DNA of 64,000 nt, taken from assembly GCA_050186075.1 (NCBI GenBank), contig JBFWYU010000012.1:41420-105419 (forward strand), read 5' to 3'. Numbering within the stretch: the first letter of the stretch is position 1; each line of letters starts with the position of its first letter. The position numbers were made by a program, and so were the translations under genes. The notes beneath the pieces are model-generated. The model was given only the letters and a program-made list of their open reading frames with translations. It did no database searches and was not told the DNA's origin. Shown piece after piece: positions 10,101 through 18,499 of the stretch. This stretch comes from Bacteroidia bacterium. GTDB taxonomy: Bacteria > Bacteroidota > Bacteroidia > SXHM01.

Positions 10101-13100
10101 TCCTTCATTAGACGGATACCAATTTAATTGCGTGATAACAGGAGCAACGTGTTTTACTACCACAACTTCTTCAACAGTAACTATTACCGAAAATCCTTCA
10201 CCAACCATAAATACACAACCGGTTGATTATGCTGCCTGTGTTGGTGATAACGCTGTTTTCAGTGTTAGCGCCTCGGGAACAAGCTTAACTTACCAATGGC
10301 AAGTAAACACGGGTGGCGGCTTTGTTGGTATTTTTAATGGCGGTGTATATAGCGGAGCAACTACCAATACACTAAATATTACCGGTTTTACATCGGGAAT
10401 GGATGGTTATCAATACCAGTGTATTGTTACAGGAACTGTTAACTGTACATCGAATACAATTTCAAACATTGCAACACTTACAGAAACAACATCTCCGAAT
10501 GTAATTACGCAACCTGTTTCGCAAAATATTTGCGAAGGTGATAATGCTGTGTTTACAACGGCAGCTACTGGTTCAGGTCTTACTTATCAATGGCAGGAAG
10601 ACAGCGGCAGTGGTTTCGCTGACATTACAAACGGAGGGGCATACAGCGGAGCAACATCAGCAACTTTAACAATTTCGGGTGTAACTTCCGGAATGGATGG
10701 AAACCAATACCAGTGTATTATTTCAGGCTCTATTTGCGTTAACAGTTCAACAACAAATGCGGTAGCACTCAATATTACAACATCACCTTTCATTGCTCAA
10801 CAGCCTGCTGATGTATATGTTTGTCCAAGCGACCCTGCATCATTCAGCGTTTCTGTTCAGGGAACAGGAATTACTTATCAGTGGCAGGTCAACAACGGAA
10901 GTGGTTTCACCAACATTATCAATGGTGGTGTTTACAGCGGAGCAACTACGGCAACACTGAATATCTCAGGTGTTTTCACCAATATGGATGGTTTCCAGTA
11001 TCAGTGTATTGTAAACGGAACTTTCTGCTCGGGAACATCTGCTTCACAAGTGGCAACTATTTATCTAAACGGAGCTCCGGTAATTACACTTGATCCGAGC
11101 GATACACAATATTGCGAAGGCGACAATGCAACGTTTTTTGTAAATGCAAGCGGTACAGGTTTAAATTACCAGTGGCAGGTTAATGACGGAAGCGGATGGG
11201 TTGATTTGGTGAATGGAATTAACTACAGCGGGGTTTATACTTCAACATTGAATGTAAACGGAATACCGCTTTCATTTGACGGGAATCAATATCAGGTTAT
11301 TGTTTCGGGAACTATTAACTGCTCAGGAACATCAACTTCAGCGGTTGCAACGCTTACCGAAAATCCGGCACCATTTATCAGCAGCCAGCCGGCTGATGCA
11401 TTTATATGTGATGGAGGAAATGCAGTATTCAACGTGTCAGCATCCGGAACCGGATTAACTTATCAGTGGCAGGAAAATACAGGCGGTGGCTTTGTTGATG
11501 TGGTTGACGGTGGTCAATACAGCGGAGCAACTTCAGCTGCACTTACTATTTCAGGTGTAAATTCAGGAATGGATGGCTACCAGTATCAGGTGTTGATTAA
11601 CGGAACTATTTGTACAGCAACAGCAACATCTGTAACGGTTACACTTAACTCATCAACATCTCCTGTTGTAACTACTCAGCCTGCAGATGTTCAGGTTTGC
11701 CCGGGTGATGCAGCATCATTCAGCGTTGCAGCTTCAGGCTCTAACCTGTCATATCAGTGGGAGGAAAACAGCGGCAGTGGTTTCAATGCGCTTTCTGACG
11801 GAGGTATTTATAGCGGAACAAACTCAGCAACGTTAAATCTTGCCTCAACTACCTTAGGCATGAACGGAAATCAGTACCGTTGTATTGTTTCTTCAACCGA
11901 TTGTCCTAACACAACGTTCAGCAACATAGTTGTTCTTAACATCAATACCTCACCGGTAATTGTGTCTGATCCGGTTGATGTGTATGTATGTCAGCTCGAC
12001 CCTGTGTCGTTTAGTGTAACTGCAAGCGGAACAGGCCTTACTTATCAGTGGCAGGAAAATACCGGAAGCGGTTTTGTTGATGTAGTTGATAACATTATTT
12101 ATTCGGGTTCTAATACACCAACGTTGAATATAGTTGGTGCAGGTCCCTGGATGTTAGGGTACCAGTACCGTGTAGTAGTTTCAGGAACTATTAACTGTTC
12201 TTCTGACGCTGTTTCAAACTATGCAGTACTTTATATCAATACATCACCTTTAGTTGCCACACAACCAACAGATCAAAACTATTGTGAAGGCGATGTGGCT
12301 TCGTTCAGCGTAACTGCTAACGGAAGTTTCTTAACCTATCAATGGCAGGTAAACGATGGAAGTGGTTTTGTAGATGTTACGGATGGTGGTGTTTACAGCG
12401 GAGCAACAACAGCAACGCTTTCGCTAACCGGTATTCCATTAGGCTATGATGGGTACCAATATCAGGTTATTATTTCAGGATCAAATAACTGCTCTTCTTC
12501 GGTTACGTCTGTAACAGTAACGCTGAATGAAGACCCAAATCCGTTCATCAGCTCACAACCTGTTGACCAATATGTTTGTCTGGGTGATGTTGCTGTATTT
12601 GGTGTTACTGCATCAGGAACAGGGCTTACTTATCAGTGGCAGGAAGATTCGGGCGGAGGTTTCGTTATTCTTTCAGATGGAGGTATTTACAGCGGAACTT
12701 CAACTTCAACATTATCACTTAACGGAACTCTTCCGGGAATGGATGGATACACTTACCGTTGCGTAATCAATGGTGTTATTTGCTCGGGAACTTCAGTTAC
12801 CAACGTAGTAACATTGAACGAAACAACGTCTCCGTACATCTCAGTTCAACCTCAAGACCAAAGTGTTTGCGATGGAGACAACGTAACACTTGATGTAACT
12901 GCAAATGGAACAGGCCTTACTTACCAATGGCAGGTAAATACCGGAAGTGGTTTTGTAAACGTTACCAACGGAAGTTTATACAGCGGAGCTACAACTTCTT
13001 CGTTGAATATTTCAACAACTACATTGGCAATGGACGGGTACCAATATCTGTGTATCATCAACGGAACCATTTGCACAAGTTCATCAACTTCAAACACAAT

Positions 13101-15900
13101 TACACTTAACGTTGGCACAGGCCCGAGCATCACACTTGGCCCTGCTAACCAGGTTATTTGTGATGGCGATAACGCATCATTTACTGCAGCGGTTCAGGGT
13201 AATAACTTAACTTATGGATGGCAGGTAAATGATGGAAGCGGTTGGAACTTCATCAGCAATGGTGGTGTTTATTCAAATGCGAATACTCCAACACTTGTAA
13301 TCACGGGAGCAGATATTTCTATGAATGGCTACCAGTATCAGGTTGTTGTTGCAGGTTCTATCAATTGCTCTGTTTATTCAACTTCAACCTCAGCAGTGTT
13401 GTTAGTGAATCCGCTGCCGGTTGTAAATTTCAGCGGACTGAACAGCGAGTATTGTGTTGATGCACCGTTGGCTACTCTTGCAGGTGTTCCGGCCGGAGGC
13501 ACCTTCAGCGGTCCGGGAATTATTGGCAACGATTTCTCTGCCTCAACCGCAGGTGTTGGCGGACCTTATACCATATTATATGAGTACACCGATGGGAACG
13601 GTTGCTTCAACAGTACTACACAAACAGTGAGCGTTAATGCGCTTCCGGTTGTTAGCTTTACAGGGCTTGGCGGACCTTATTGTATTAATGATAATACACC
13701 TGTTCAACTTACAGGAACTCCGGCAGGAGGCACCTTCAGCGGTCCAGGTATAAATGGCGATGAGTTTACACCTTCAACTGCATCATTGGGAACTGTTTCC
13801 ATTACTTACACTTACACCGATGGAAACGGTTGCACCAGTTTTGAAACACAATCTGCAGTTGTGAATGATATTCCTGCATTGACGCTGAGCGGAACCAATC
13901 CTTCATATTGTGTGGATGATAATACTGCTGTTACATTGGTTGGAACACCTGCGGGTGGTACTTTCAGTGGCGCAGGTGTTACAGGCAGCACATGGACTGC
14001 AAGTGATGCGGGTGTGGGAACTCATACAATCACGTATACCTATACCGATGGAAACAACTGTACCAACAGTACTACTATTTCGGTAGTAGTTAATGACCTG
14101 CCTGTAGTTACTTTTACAGGTCTGGCAGCAGCATATTGTGTGGATGCAGCGGCTGATGCGCTTACAGGAATTCCGGCAAGCGGATTATTCAGCGGAACAG
14201 GAATAAATGTGAATGATTTTGAGCCTGCAACTGCAGGTATAGGAACACATGATATTACATACACCTACACCGATGTAAACGGCTGTGTGAATTCTGAGAC
14301 ACAAAGCACTACGGTGAATGCATTGCCAACTCCTGTAATTACTCCATCAACCGTTGCATTCTGTGAGGGTGATTACGCTATTCTGGATGGCGGTGCAGGT
14401 TACACTGATTATGATTGGTCAACCGGATTTAACGGACAGCAATCATTGGTTGATGCAAGCGGACAGGTAACGGTAACAGTAACTGATATCAACGGTTGTG
14501 TTGGAACTTCATCTCCTGCAACGGTTGTGGTAAATGCACTTCCTGTAGTTGACCTTGGACCTGATACTACTATTTGCACACAAACAACTTATACGTTGAA
14601 TGCAGGTTATCCCGGTTCAACTTATGATTGGTCAACGGGTGAGTTTACACAGCAAATTACTGTCGGAAACTCAGGCGTATATGCTGTAACAGTGGTTGAC
14701 CAGAACGGTTGCGAAGGTTTTGACTATGCAATTGTAACGGTTAGTCAGTTGCTTACACCAACAATTACTTCAAGCGGAATACCTACTTTCTGCGAAGGCG
14801 ATAGCATTGTGCTGACTGCAACTTCGGGCTACACTACTTACCTGTGGAGTACAGGACAAACTACGGAAGCAATTACGGTAACAACAGCCGGTTTCTATCA
14901 GGTGTTTGTAACCAATGATTTGGGTTGCGATGGTTTCTCAGCTCCGCTGATAGTTACTACGCTTGCAAACCCTTCGCCTGCTATTTCGGCTGACGGACCT
15001 TTGAGTTTCTGTCCGGGCGAAGATGTGGTGCTTAACGCAGGTTTCGGTTACAGCGCTTTTGAATGGCAGCCCGGTTTAGAGAATACGCAAACGCTTACGG
15101 TAACAACGGCTGGTGATTATTCAGTTACTGTTACAGGTTCAAACGGATGTTCGGGAACTTCACCGGCTGTTACGGTGGAGGTGTTCCCTGTTCCAAACCC
15201 GCAAATACAGGCTGACGGTCCACTGCAATTCTGCGATGGTGATGATGTAGTGCTTTCTGTATTGGGTAATTATGCTTCGTATTTGTGGACAAGCGGTTCA
15301 ACAACACCTACTATTCTGGTTACAGAAACCGGTCAGTATGGCGTTATTGTAATGGATATGAATGGTTGTGTTGACTCATCGCAGGTGGTAAACCCTGTTA
15401 ACGTTACGGTGTGGGATCCGCAACCTTTTATTGTTGAATCAGGCGATACACTTACCTGCACTCCGGCTTTTGCAACCTACCAATGGTATGAAAACGATAC
15501 GATGGTTACTGTTCCCGGCTTTAACAGTCAGGTATTGATTACCCAATCGAGCGGAAACTATACGGTAGTGGTAACGGATGCTAATGGTTGTGTCGGAGAG
15601 TCAAATATTATTGAGCATAGCCAGACTTCAATTCATGACTTAACACTCAATGCAGTAATTGATATTTACCCTAACCCGACTAATAGTGTATTCACGTTCA
15701 ATGCTCAGTTCGAAGGTTATGAGAACCTGAGATTAGAGCTAACCAATACCCTTGGTCAGTTGATTATTCCGGTGGAAGATGTAAAAGATGTAATGACGGT
15801 GAAACGTGATTACAACCTGAACCATCTGCCAGACGGTATGTATATGCTCACAATAAGAACGGAGAAAGGAAGCGTTACAAAGAGTATAGTGAAGAACTAA
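7108..15900 (+). CDS. Giant (2930 aa) modular Ig-like-repeat cell-surface protein with T9SS type-A C-terminal sorting domain
   Basis: Single open frame. ATG at 7108 gives signal peptide MNRFIRVLSSFLLSGLFLITFSQTASSQ; the track start at 7066 is an upstream TTG extension. Five repeat classes follow. The C-terminus IDIYPNPTNSVFTF...LPDGMYMLTIRTEKGSVTKSIVKN matches the Por secretion tail pattern. A strong terminator follows. Confidence 0.9.
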   Translation: MNRFIRVLSSFLLSGLFLITFSQTASSQPCSWSGFSGTNYPLIPCGSFSGNILVGSGTYTYFTAYAGASYTVSTCGSPFDTQLSIYDANPAWSYRTGNNDNGPDCGGAQASVTWTATYTGDHIAIVNRANCQQHDFTGQSAILKFRQNPPTLSDPASPVCPGNQQTITSNQSGGTWSANGGSITSGGVYTAPSTPGTYTITYTIGNCAVTKNVTVNTLSVAPTSIGTTLNPICPGQSTTLSVSGGSLGSGAVWNWYSGSCGGTFLGTGTSISVSPSTTTTYFVRAAGTCNTTACASTTVNVQSNSSVTNATATPTTICVGQSSTLSVTGSLGTGATWNWYTGSCGGTLVGQGASINVSPTSSTTYFVRAIGTCNTTPCASTSVSVNPLPGVSFAPPGGPFCASQTTPVTLAAAPAGGTFSGNGVIGNTFTPANAAVGNNTLTYTYTDGNGCTNTAQQVVLITGLPSVSFTGLAGPYCVSQTTPVALDGNQNGGTYTGPGITNLGSGNANFNPSTAGAGVHSITYSYTDGNGCVSSQTQSVQVIALPTVQISGLAASYCVSNAPVQLTGFPAGGTFSGTGVTSGGLFSPSTGTGNYTITYTYTNGNGCTNSTQASTVVNALPTVSFSGFSGSSYCLNAAVVNLTGNPAGGTFSGPGVTGSGAFTPATAGLGTHTIVYTYTNGNGCTNTSSQTVTVVSVPTVTFSGLAGDYCVNDFPVLLTGNQSGGTFSGPGITNQGPGIAQFSPTQAGIGGSYDITYSYSDGNGCSGSQTQQTVVHPQPVVDFSGLDAAYCVDASLVTLSGSHAPGGSFTGTGVTDNGNGTATFDAAAAGVGGPYTISYSYTDGFGCSSSISETTLVNDTPSVTFTGYMDLCIDQPPLVLTGTPSGGIFTGNGISGNAFYPAVAGLGDHLVTYTYNDGNGCEGLFSAIIRVYDIPQVTQQPQDIQVCPGDNATFTVAAIGLGLTYQWQLNDGNGFVNVNNGGIYSGATSPSLTLNGVPPSLDGYQFNCVITGATCFTTTTSSTVTITENPSPTINTQPVDYAACVGDNAVFSVSASGTSLTYQWQVNTGGGFVGIFNGGVYSGATTNTLNITGFTSGMDGYQYQCIVTGTVNCTSNTISNIATLTETTSPNVITQPVSQNICEGDNAVFTTAATGSGLTYQWQEDSGSGFADITNGGAYSGATSATLTISGVTSGMDGNQYQCIISGSICVNSSTTNAVALNITTSPFIAQQPADVYVCPSDPASFSVSVQGTGITYQWQVNNGSGFTNIINGGVYSGATTATLNISGVFTNMDGFQYQCIVNGTFCSGTSASQVATIYLNGAPVITLDPSDTQYCEGDNATFFVNASGTGLNYQWQVNDGSGWVDLVNGINYSGVYTSTLNVNGIPLSFDGNQYQVIVSGTINCSGTSTSAVATLTENPAPFISSQPADAFICDGGNAVFNVSASGTGLTYQWQENTGGGFVDVVDGGQYSGATSAALTISGVNSGMDGYQYQVLINGTICTATATSVTVTLNSSTSPVVTTQPADVQVCPGDAASFSVAASGSNLSYQWEENSGSGFNALSDGGIYSGTNSATLNLASTTLGMNGNQYRCIVSSTDCPNTTFSNIVVLNINTSPVIVSDPVDVYVCQLDPVSFSVTASGTGLTYQWQENTGSGFVDVVDNIIYSGSNTPTLNIVGAGPWMLGYQYRVVVSGTINCSSDAVSNYAVLYINTSPLVATQPTDQNYCEGDVASFSVTANGSFLTYQWQVNDGSGFVDVTDGGVYSGATTATLSLTGIPLGYDGYQYQVIISGSNNCSSSVTSVTVTLNEDPNPFISSQPVDQYVCLGDVAVFGVTASGTGLTYQWQEDSGGGFVILSDGGIYSGTSTSTLSLNGTLPGMDGYTYRCVINGVICSGTSVTNVVTLNETTSPYISVQPQDQSVCDGDNVTLDVTANGTGLTYQWQVNTGSGFVNVTNGSLYSGATTSSLNISTTTLAMDGYQYLCIINGTICTSSSTSNTITLNVGTGPSITLGPANQVICDGDNASFTAAVQGNNLTYGWQVNDGSGWNFISNGGVYSNANTPTLVITGADISMNGYQYQVVVAGSINCSVYSTSTSAVLLVNPLPVVNFSGLNSEYCVDAPLATLAGVPAGGTFSGPGIIGNDFSASTAGVGGPYTILYEYTDGNGCFNSTTQTVSVNALPVVSFTGLGGPYCINDNTPVQLTGTPAGGTFSGPGINGDEFTPSTASLGTVSITYTYTDGNGCTSFETQSAVVNDIPALTLSGTNPSYCVDDNTAVTLVGTPAGGTFSGAGVTGSTWTASDAGVGTHTITYTYTDGNNCTNSTTISVVVNDLPVVTFTGLAAAYCVDAAADALTGIPASGLFSGTGINVNDFEPATAGIGTHDITYTYTDVNGCVNSETQSTTVNALPTPVITPSTVAFCEGDYAILDGGAGYTDYDWSTGFNGQQSLVDASGQVTVTVTDINGCVGTSSPATVVVNALPVVDLGPDTTICTQTTYTLNAGYPGSTYDWSTGEFTQQITVGNSGVYAVTVVDQNGCEGFDYAIVTVSQLLTPTITSSGIPTFCEGDSIVLTATSGYTTYLWSTGQTTEAITVTTAGFYQVFVTNDLGCDGFSAPLIVTTLANPSPAISADGPLSFCPGEDVVLNAGFGYSAFEWQPGLENTQTLTVTTAGDYSVTVTGSNGCSGTSPAVTVEVFPVPNPQIQADGPLQFCDGDDVVLSVLGNYASYLWTSGSTTPTILVTETGQYGVIVMDMNGCVDSSQVVNPVNVTVWDPQPFIVESGDTLTCTPAFATYQWYENDTMVTVPGFNSQVLITQSSGNYTVVVTDANGCVGESNIIEHSQTSIHDLTLNAVIDIYPNPTNSVFTFNAQFEGYENLRLELTNTLGQLIIPVEDVKDVMTVKRDYNLNHLPDGMYMLTIRTEKGSVTKSIVKN
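7753..8262 (+). repeat. 2 x ~85-aa WxWY(S/T)GSCGG...TTTYFVRA.GTCNTT.C module (class 1) within adhesin 1
   Basis: Two consecutive units were read from the translation: NTLSVAPTSIG...TTVNV and QSNSSVT...STSVSV. Confidence 0.75.
8263..9906 (+). repeat. 7 x ~78-aa LP.VSF.GL...YC....V.L.G.P.GGTFSG.G....F.P..AG.G.H.ITYTYTDGNGC module (class 2) within adhesin 1
   Basis: Seven GG(T/S/I)(F/Y)(S/T)G cores were counted in the translation. Boundaries are approximate. Confidence 0.7.
9907..13407 (+). repeat. 12 x ~97-aa Ig-like module QP.D..VC.GD.A.F.V.A.G.GLTYQWQ.N.GSGF......YSGA...TL.I......MDGYQY.C (class 3) within adhesin 1
   Basis: Twelve (L/I)(T/N/S)Y(Q/G)W(Q/E) cores were counted. 3501 nt / 12 = 292 nt per unit. 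Confidence 0.8.
13408..14316 (+). repeat. 4 further class-2 (~76 aa) modules within adhesin 1
   Basis: NPLPVVNFSGLNSEYCV...GGTFSGPG...YEYTDGNGC and three following units. Confidence 0.7.
14317..15651 (+). repeat. 6 x ~75-aa class-4 module (P....FCEGD...L.A..GY..Y.WS.G.T...I.V...G.Y.V.V.D.NGC) within adhesin 1
   Basis: Units were read from the translation and become progressively degenerate toward the CTD. Confidence 0.65.
15652..15897 (+). other. T9SS type-A C-terminal sorting domain of adhesin 1
   Basis: IDIYPNPTNSVFTFNAQFEGYENLRLELTNTLGQLIIP...LPDGMYMLTIRTEKGSVTKSIVKN. The YPNP motif, the G.Y.L motif and the terminal K-x-I/V-K pattern are typical of TIGR04183-type tails. Confidence 0.8.
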
Positions 15901-15921
15901 CACAATGTAGATTTTAATACT

Positions 15922-15951
15922 AAAAAGGGGCTGTATTTTCAGCCCCTTTTT
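15922..15951 (+). terminator. Rho-independent terminator after adhesin 1 (bidirectional-looking)
   Basis: AAAAA GGGGCTG tatttt CAGCCCC TTTTT: a 7-bp GC-rich stem flanked by an A-run and a T-run, 22 nt after the stop. Confidence 0.8.
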
Positions 15952-15968
15952 AGTTAATATCATAGAAT

Positions 15969-17426
15969 ATGATAAATAAAATATACGGCTTAGACACTCG
16001 TTCAATTTCAGCTTTCAGGCTTTTATTGTCAGTCTTTATTGCAGCAGAATTTATACTGATGGTGTTGGGCAATTTCCATGACATCTATAGTCCGGAAACT
16101 GGCGTCTTGGGGAATTGTTTTGCTGAAGGCTATCAATCTAATTATAAAAAAATTTCAGCGATATTTTCAATTCAGACAGATGGTACAATGAAATTTTTTA
16201 TGGGTAGCATAATATTTACAATGCTGTTGGTTGCCGCAGGTTTTTATTCACAATTTTTAGCATTGGTCGGTTGTATTTTCTTGTGGCTTTTTTTTAGCCG
16301 TTATCAATTACTTTATTTCGGATGGGAAATGTATGCTTCCGTGATGTTATTCTGGCTTATTCTTGTTCCTTCTAAATGGTCGGAAGGCAAGGAATATCGC
16401 TCTCCGTTAGCATTTGCTTTACTTTTTCAGATTGCAATTATCTATTTCTACAATGGAATTTCAAAGAATGGTGAACTTTGGATGAGTGGAAAGGCAGTTG
16501 AAAGTTTCCTCTCAGAAGTTGATAAAGCACGCCCGGCTGCTGACTGGCTGATAGAAAAACCTGTGCTTACATCTGTTTTAACATATTTAACACTCGTAAT
16601 TGAACTTGGAATTGTCATCTTGTTTTTTATTCCTGTTCACTCAAAAAAATTACGCTATCTGTGCTCTTTTTTAATTTTTTCTTTGCATTGGGGTGTAGAT
16701 ATTTTTGTTGATGTGGGAAATTTCAAGTACGTAGCAACGGCAGTTTCAATTTTGCTGTTACCCGGAGATGCATGGGATTGGCTTGCAATAAAATTTTCTT
16801 TTCTGAAAAAAATTAAAAGAATAAAAATACCTGATTACACATTAGCGGTTCACGCCAAAGTAGAAAAAATACTTGCAATTTCACTTTGCGTTTTCATTGT
16901 GTTTGTCAATCTCTCACAAACCAATTTTTCAGGTACAAACGATAGAATGAAACAAGTTGTTGCGATTTTAAATCTGGATAGGTTCTTCAAAAAGATTAAT
17001 CATCATGCGTTGCCGCAGTGCTCTTTTTTTTCGCAATACTGGCACTTATATTCCCCCGATCCGCCAGGTGAAACAGGATGGATGCAGGTTGAATTTATAA
17101 CCTTAAACAACGATACAGTAGCGGTTTTCAATGGAAAGCCGTTGAGGGAAAACCGATTTCATTCTGTTGTGCAGCGTAACCTGTTTAATTATTTGCTTTT
17201 AAAAAAAGGACGAAATAAAAAAGATCAGATAGCTGAAAGGTGCGTGCTCATGCGTGAAATAAAGTTGTGGAATAAAGGTTCAAATCCTGAAATCAGTTCT
17301 GCACAACTAGTTATTTATAACAGAGTTTATGAACCAGAGAAATGGAAAAATAATTTACAGCCGGGGTTCACAAGAATACCTTATAAAGTGATTGATATTA
17401 ATTATAAGTCACATGGTGTGAAATAG
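15969..17426 (+). CDS. HTTM-domain (vitamin-K-dependent gamma-carboxylase / SdpB-like) polytopic membrane protein
   Basis: 485 aa. N-terminus GLDTRSISAFRLLLSVFIAAEF, then LFFSRYQLLYFGWEMYASVMLFWLILVPS, LFQIAIIYFYNGISKNGELWMSGKAV, LTLVIELGIVILFFIP and FSLHWGVDIFVDVGNF. Order and spacing match my memory of HTTM family blocks. The extra ~190-aa C-terminal region was not recognised. Confidence 0.65.
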   Translation: MINKIYGLDTRSISAFRLLLSVFIAAEFILMVLGNFHDIYSPETGVLGNCFAEGYQSNYKKISAIFSIQTDGTMKFFMGSIIFTMLLVAAGFYSQFLALVGCIFLWLFFSRYQLLYFGWEMYASVMLFWLILVPSKWSEGKEYRSPLAFALLFQIAIIYFYNGISKNGELWMSGKAVESFLSEVDKARPAADWLIEKPVLTSVLTYLTLVIELGIVILFFIPVHSKKLRYLCSFLIFSLHWGVDIFVDVGNFKYVATAVSILLLPGDAWDWLAIKFSFLKKIKRIKIPDYTLAVHAKVEKILAISLCVFIVFVNLSQTNFSGTNDRMKQVVAILNLDRFFKKINHHALPQCSFFSQYWHLYSPDPPGETGWMQVEFITLNNDTVAVFNGKPLRENRFHSVVQRNLFNYLLLKKGRNKKDQIAERCVLMREIKLWNKGSNPEISSAQLVIYNRVYEPEKWKNNLQPGFTRIPYKVIDINYKSHGVK

Positions 17427-17496
17427 TCAATTTTATTGGGCAAATACACACCATTTCTTAATTGAATCTTAATCATCGTTATAGTTATGCTTTTGA

Positions 17497-17504
17497 TATA
17501 TTTG
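17497..17504 (+). promoter_or_regulatory. Candidate Bacteroidota -7 box (TATATTTG) upstream of the LRR gene
   Basis: Matches TAnnTTTG and lies 39 nt upstream of the ATG at 17543. No convincing -33 TTTG was seen. Confidence 0.3.
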
Positions 17505-17542
17505 CTGAATTCCTTTTCAAATATTAATATTTTCCAATTACA

Positions 17543-18490
17543 ATGAAAAAAAATATTCCATCAGTAGTAAAACTTCAGTTCTTATTTCTGTTGTTTTTCG
17601 GCTGCTTTTCTGCAATTGCGCAGGAAGATCGCTCTTATATTAAATTATCTAATCCTGCTTACAAGGAGATACCCAATCATCATACTCCTGTCTCGAAGTA
17701 CGGCAATACAGTAACGTTTGCTAATCTTGAAATAGCATTAAAAAACCCTGATGCTTATTTTGCGGCAAATTTCTATAATTCAGCTTTGACAGAAGTTCCG
17801 GAAGAAATATTCCTGTTCCCGAATTTAAGAGAAATTGACCTTTCGCATAATTCAATTTCAGTTTTGCCTGATAAATTTAAAGAGTTGCAGAAACTCAAAG
17901 AACTACATCTCGCAGATAATAAAATAACATACGTTGGTTCTGAAATTACTTCGTGCCGCAGTCTTGAAGTATTGCAGTTGCGCAATAACCCGCTGAAAAC
18001 GGTGAGTAAAGAAATAGGTCAGATGAGTAGTTTGAAAGAATTATGGATTGAGAACACAGACCCAAGCTGTGTTCTTCCGCAGGAAATTTGGAACTTAAAT
18101 AACATTCAGAAATTAAGATTAATGAGCGCCAACCTTACTTTTATTCCTTCTGCAATTTCTGAGTTCAGTATGTTGGATGAAATTTGCTTATCAGGCAATG
18201 TTATAACTGCTATACCTGATGAAATTTACTCGCTTAAAAGTTTAACCTATTTAAACCTTGGTAACAATAAAATAACCACAATTTCATCGTTGGTAAAAAA
18301 CCTTGAACACTTGGATTATCTGGGAGTTTACGGAAATCCGGTCTCTCAATTACCTGATGAAATTGCCAGTCTAAAAGAACTTTCTTTTTTAAGTTGTTGG
18401 TTTACTAATTTACCAAACAGTGAAATTGAAAAAGCAAAAGCAGCTTTACCCCAAGCAGAAGTACACGCTATAAATACTGACCTTCATTAA
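17543..18490 (+). CDS. Secreted leucine-rich-repeat (LRR) protein
   Basis: Signal peptide MKKNIPSVVKLQFLFLLFFGCFSAIAQ, followed by about 10 LxxLxLxxNxIxxIPxEI repeats (LREIDLSHNSISVLPDKF, LKELHLADNKITYV, LTYLNLGNNKITTI and others). The stop is only 9 nt before adhesin 2's ATG. Confidence 0.8.
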   Translation: MKKNIPSVVKLQFLFLLFFGCFSAIAQEDRSYIKLSNPAYKEIPNHHTPVSKYGNTVTFANLEIALKNPDAYFAANFYNSALTEVPEEIFLFPNLREIDLSHNSISVLPDKFKELQKLKELHLADNKITYVGSEITSCRSLEVLQLRNNPLKTVSKEIGQMSSLKELWIENTDPSCVLPQEIWNLNNIQKLRLMSANLTFIPSAISEFSMLDEICLSGNVITAIPDEIYSLKSLTYLNLGNNKITTISSLVKNLEHLDYLGVYGNPVSQLPDEIASLKELSFLSCWFTNLPNSEIEKAKAALPQAEVHAINTDLH

Positions 18491-18499
18491 TCTTCCAAA

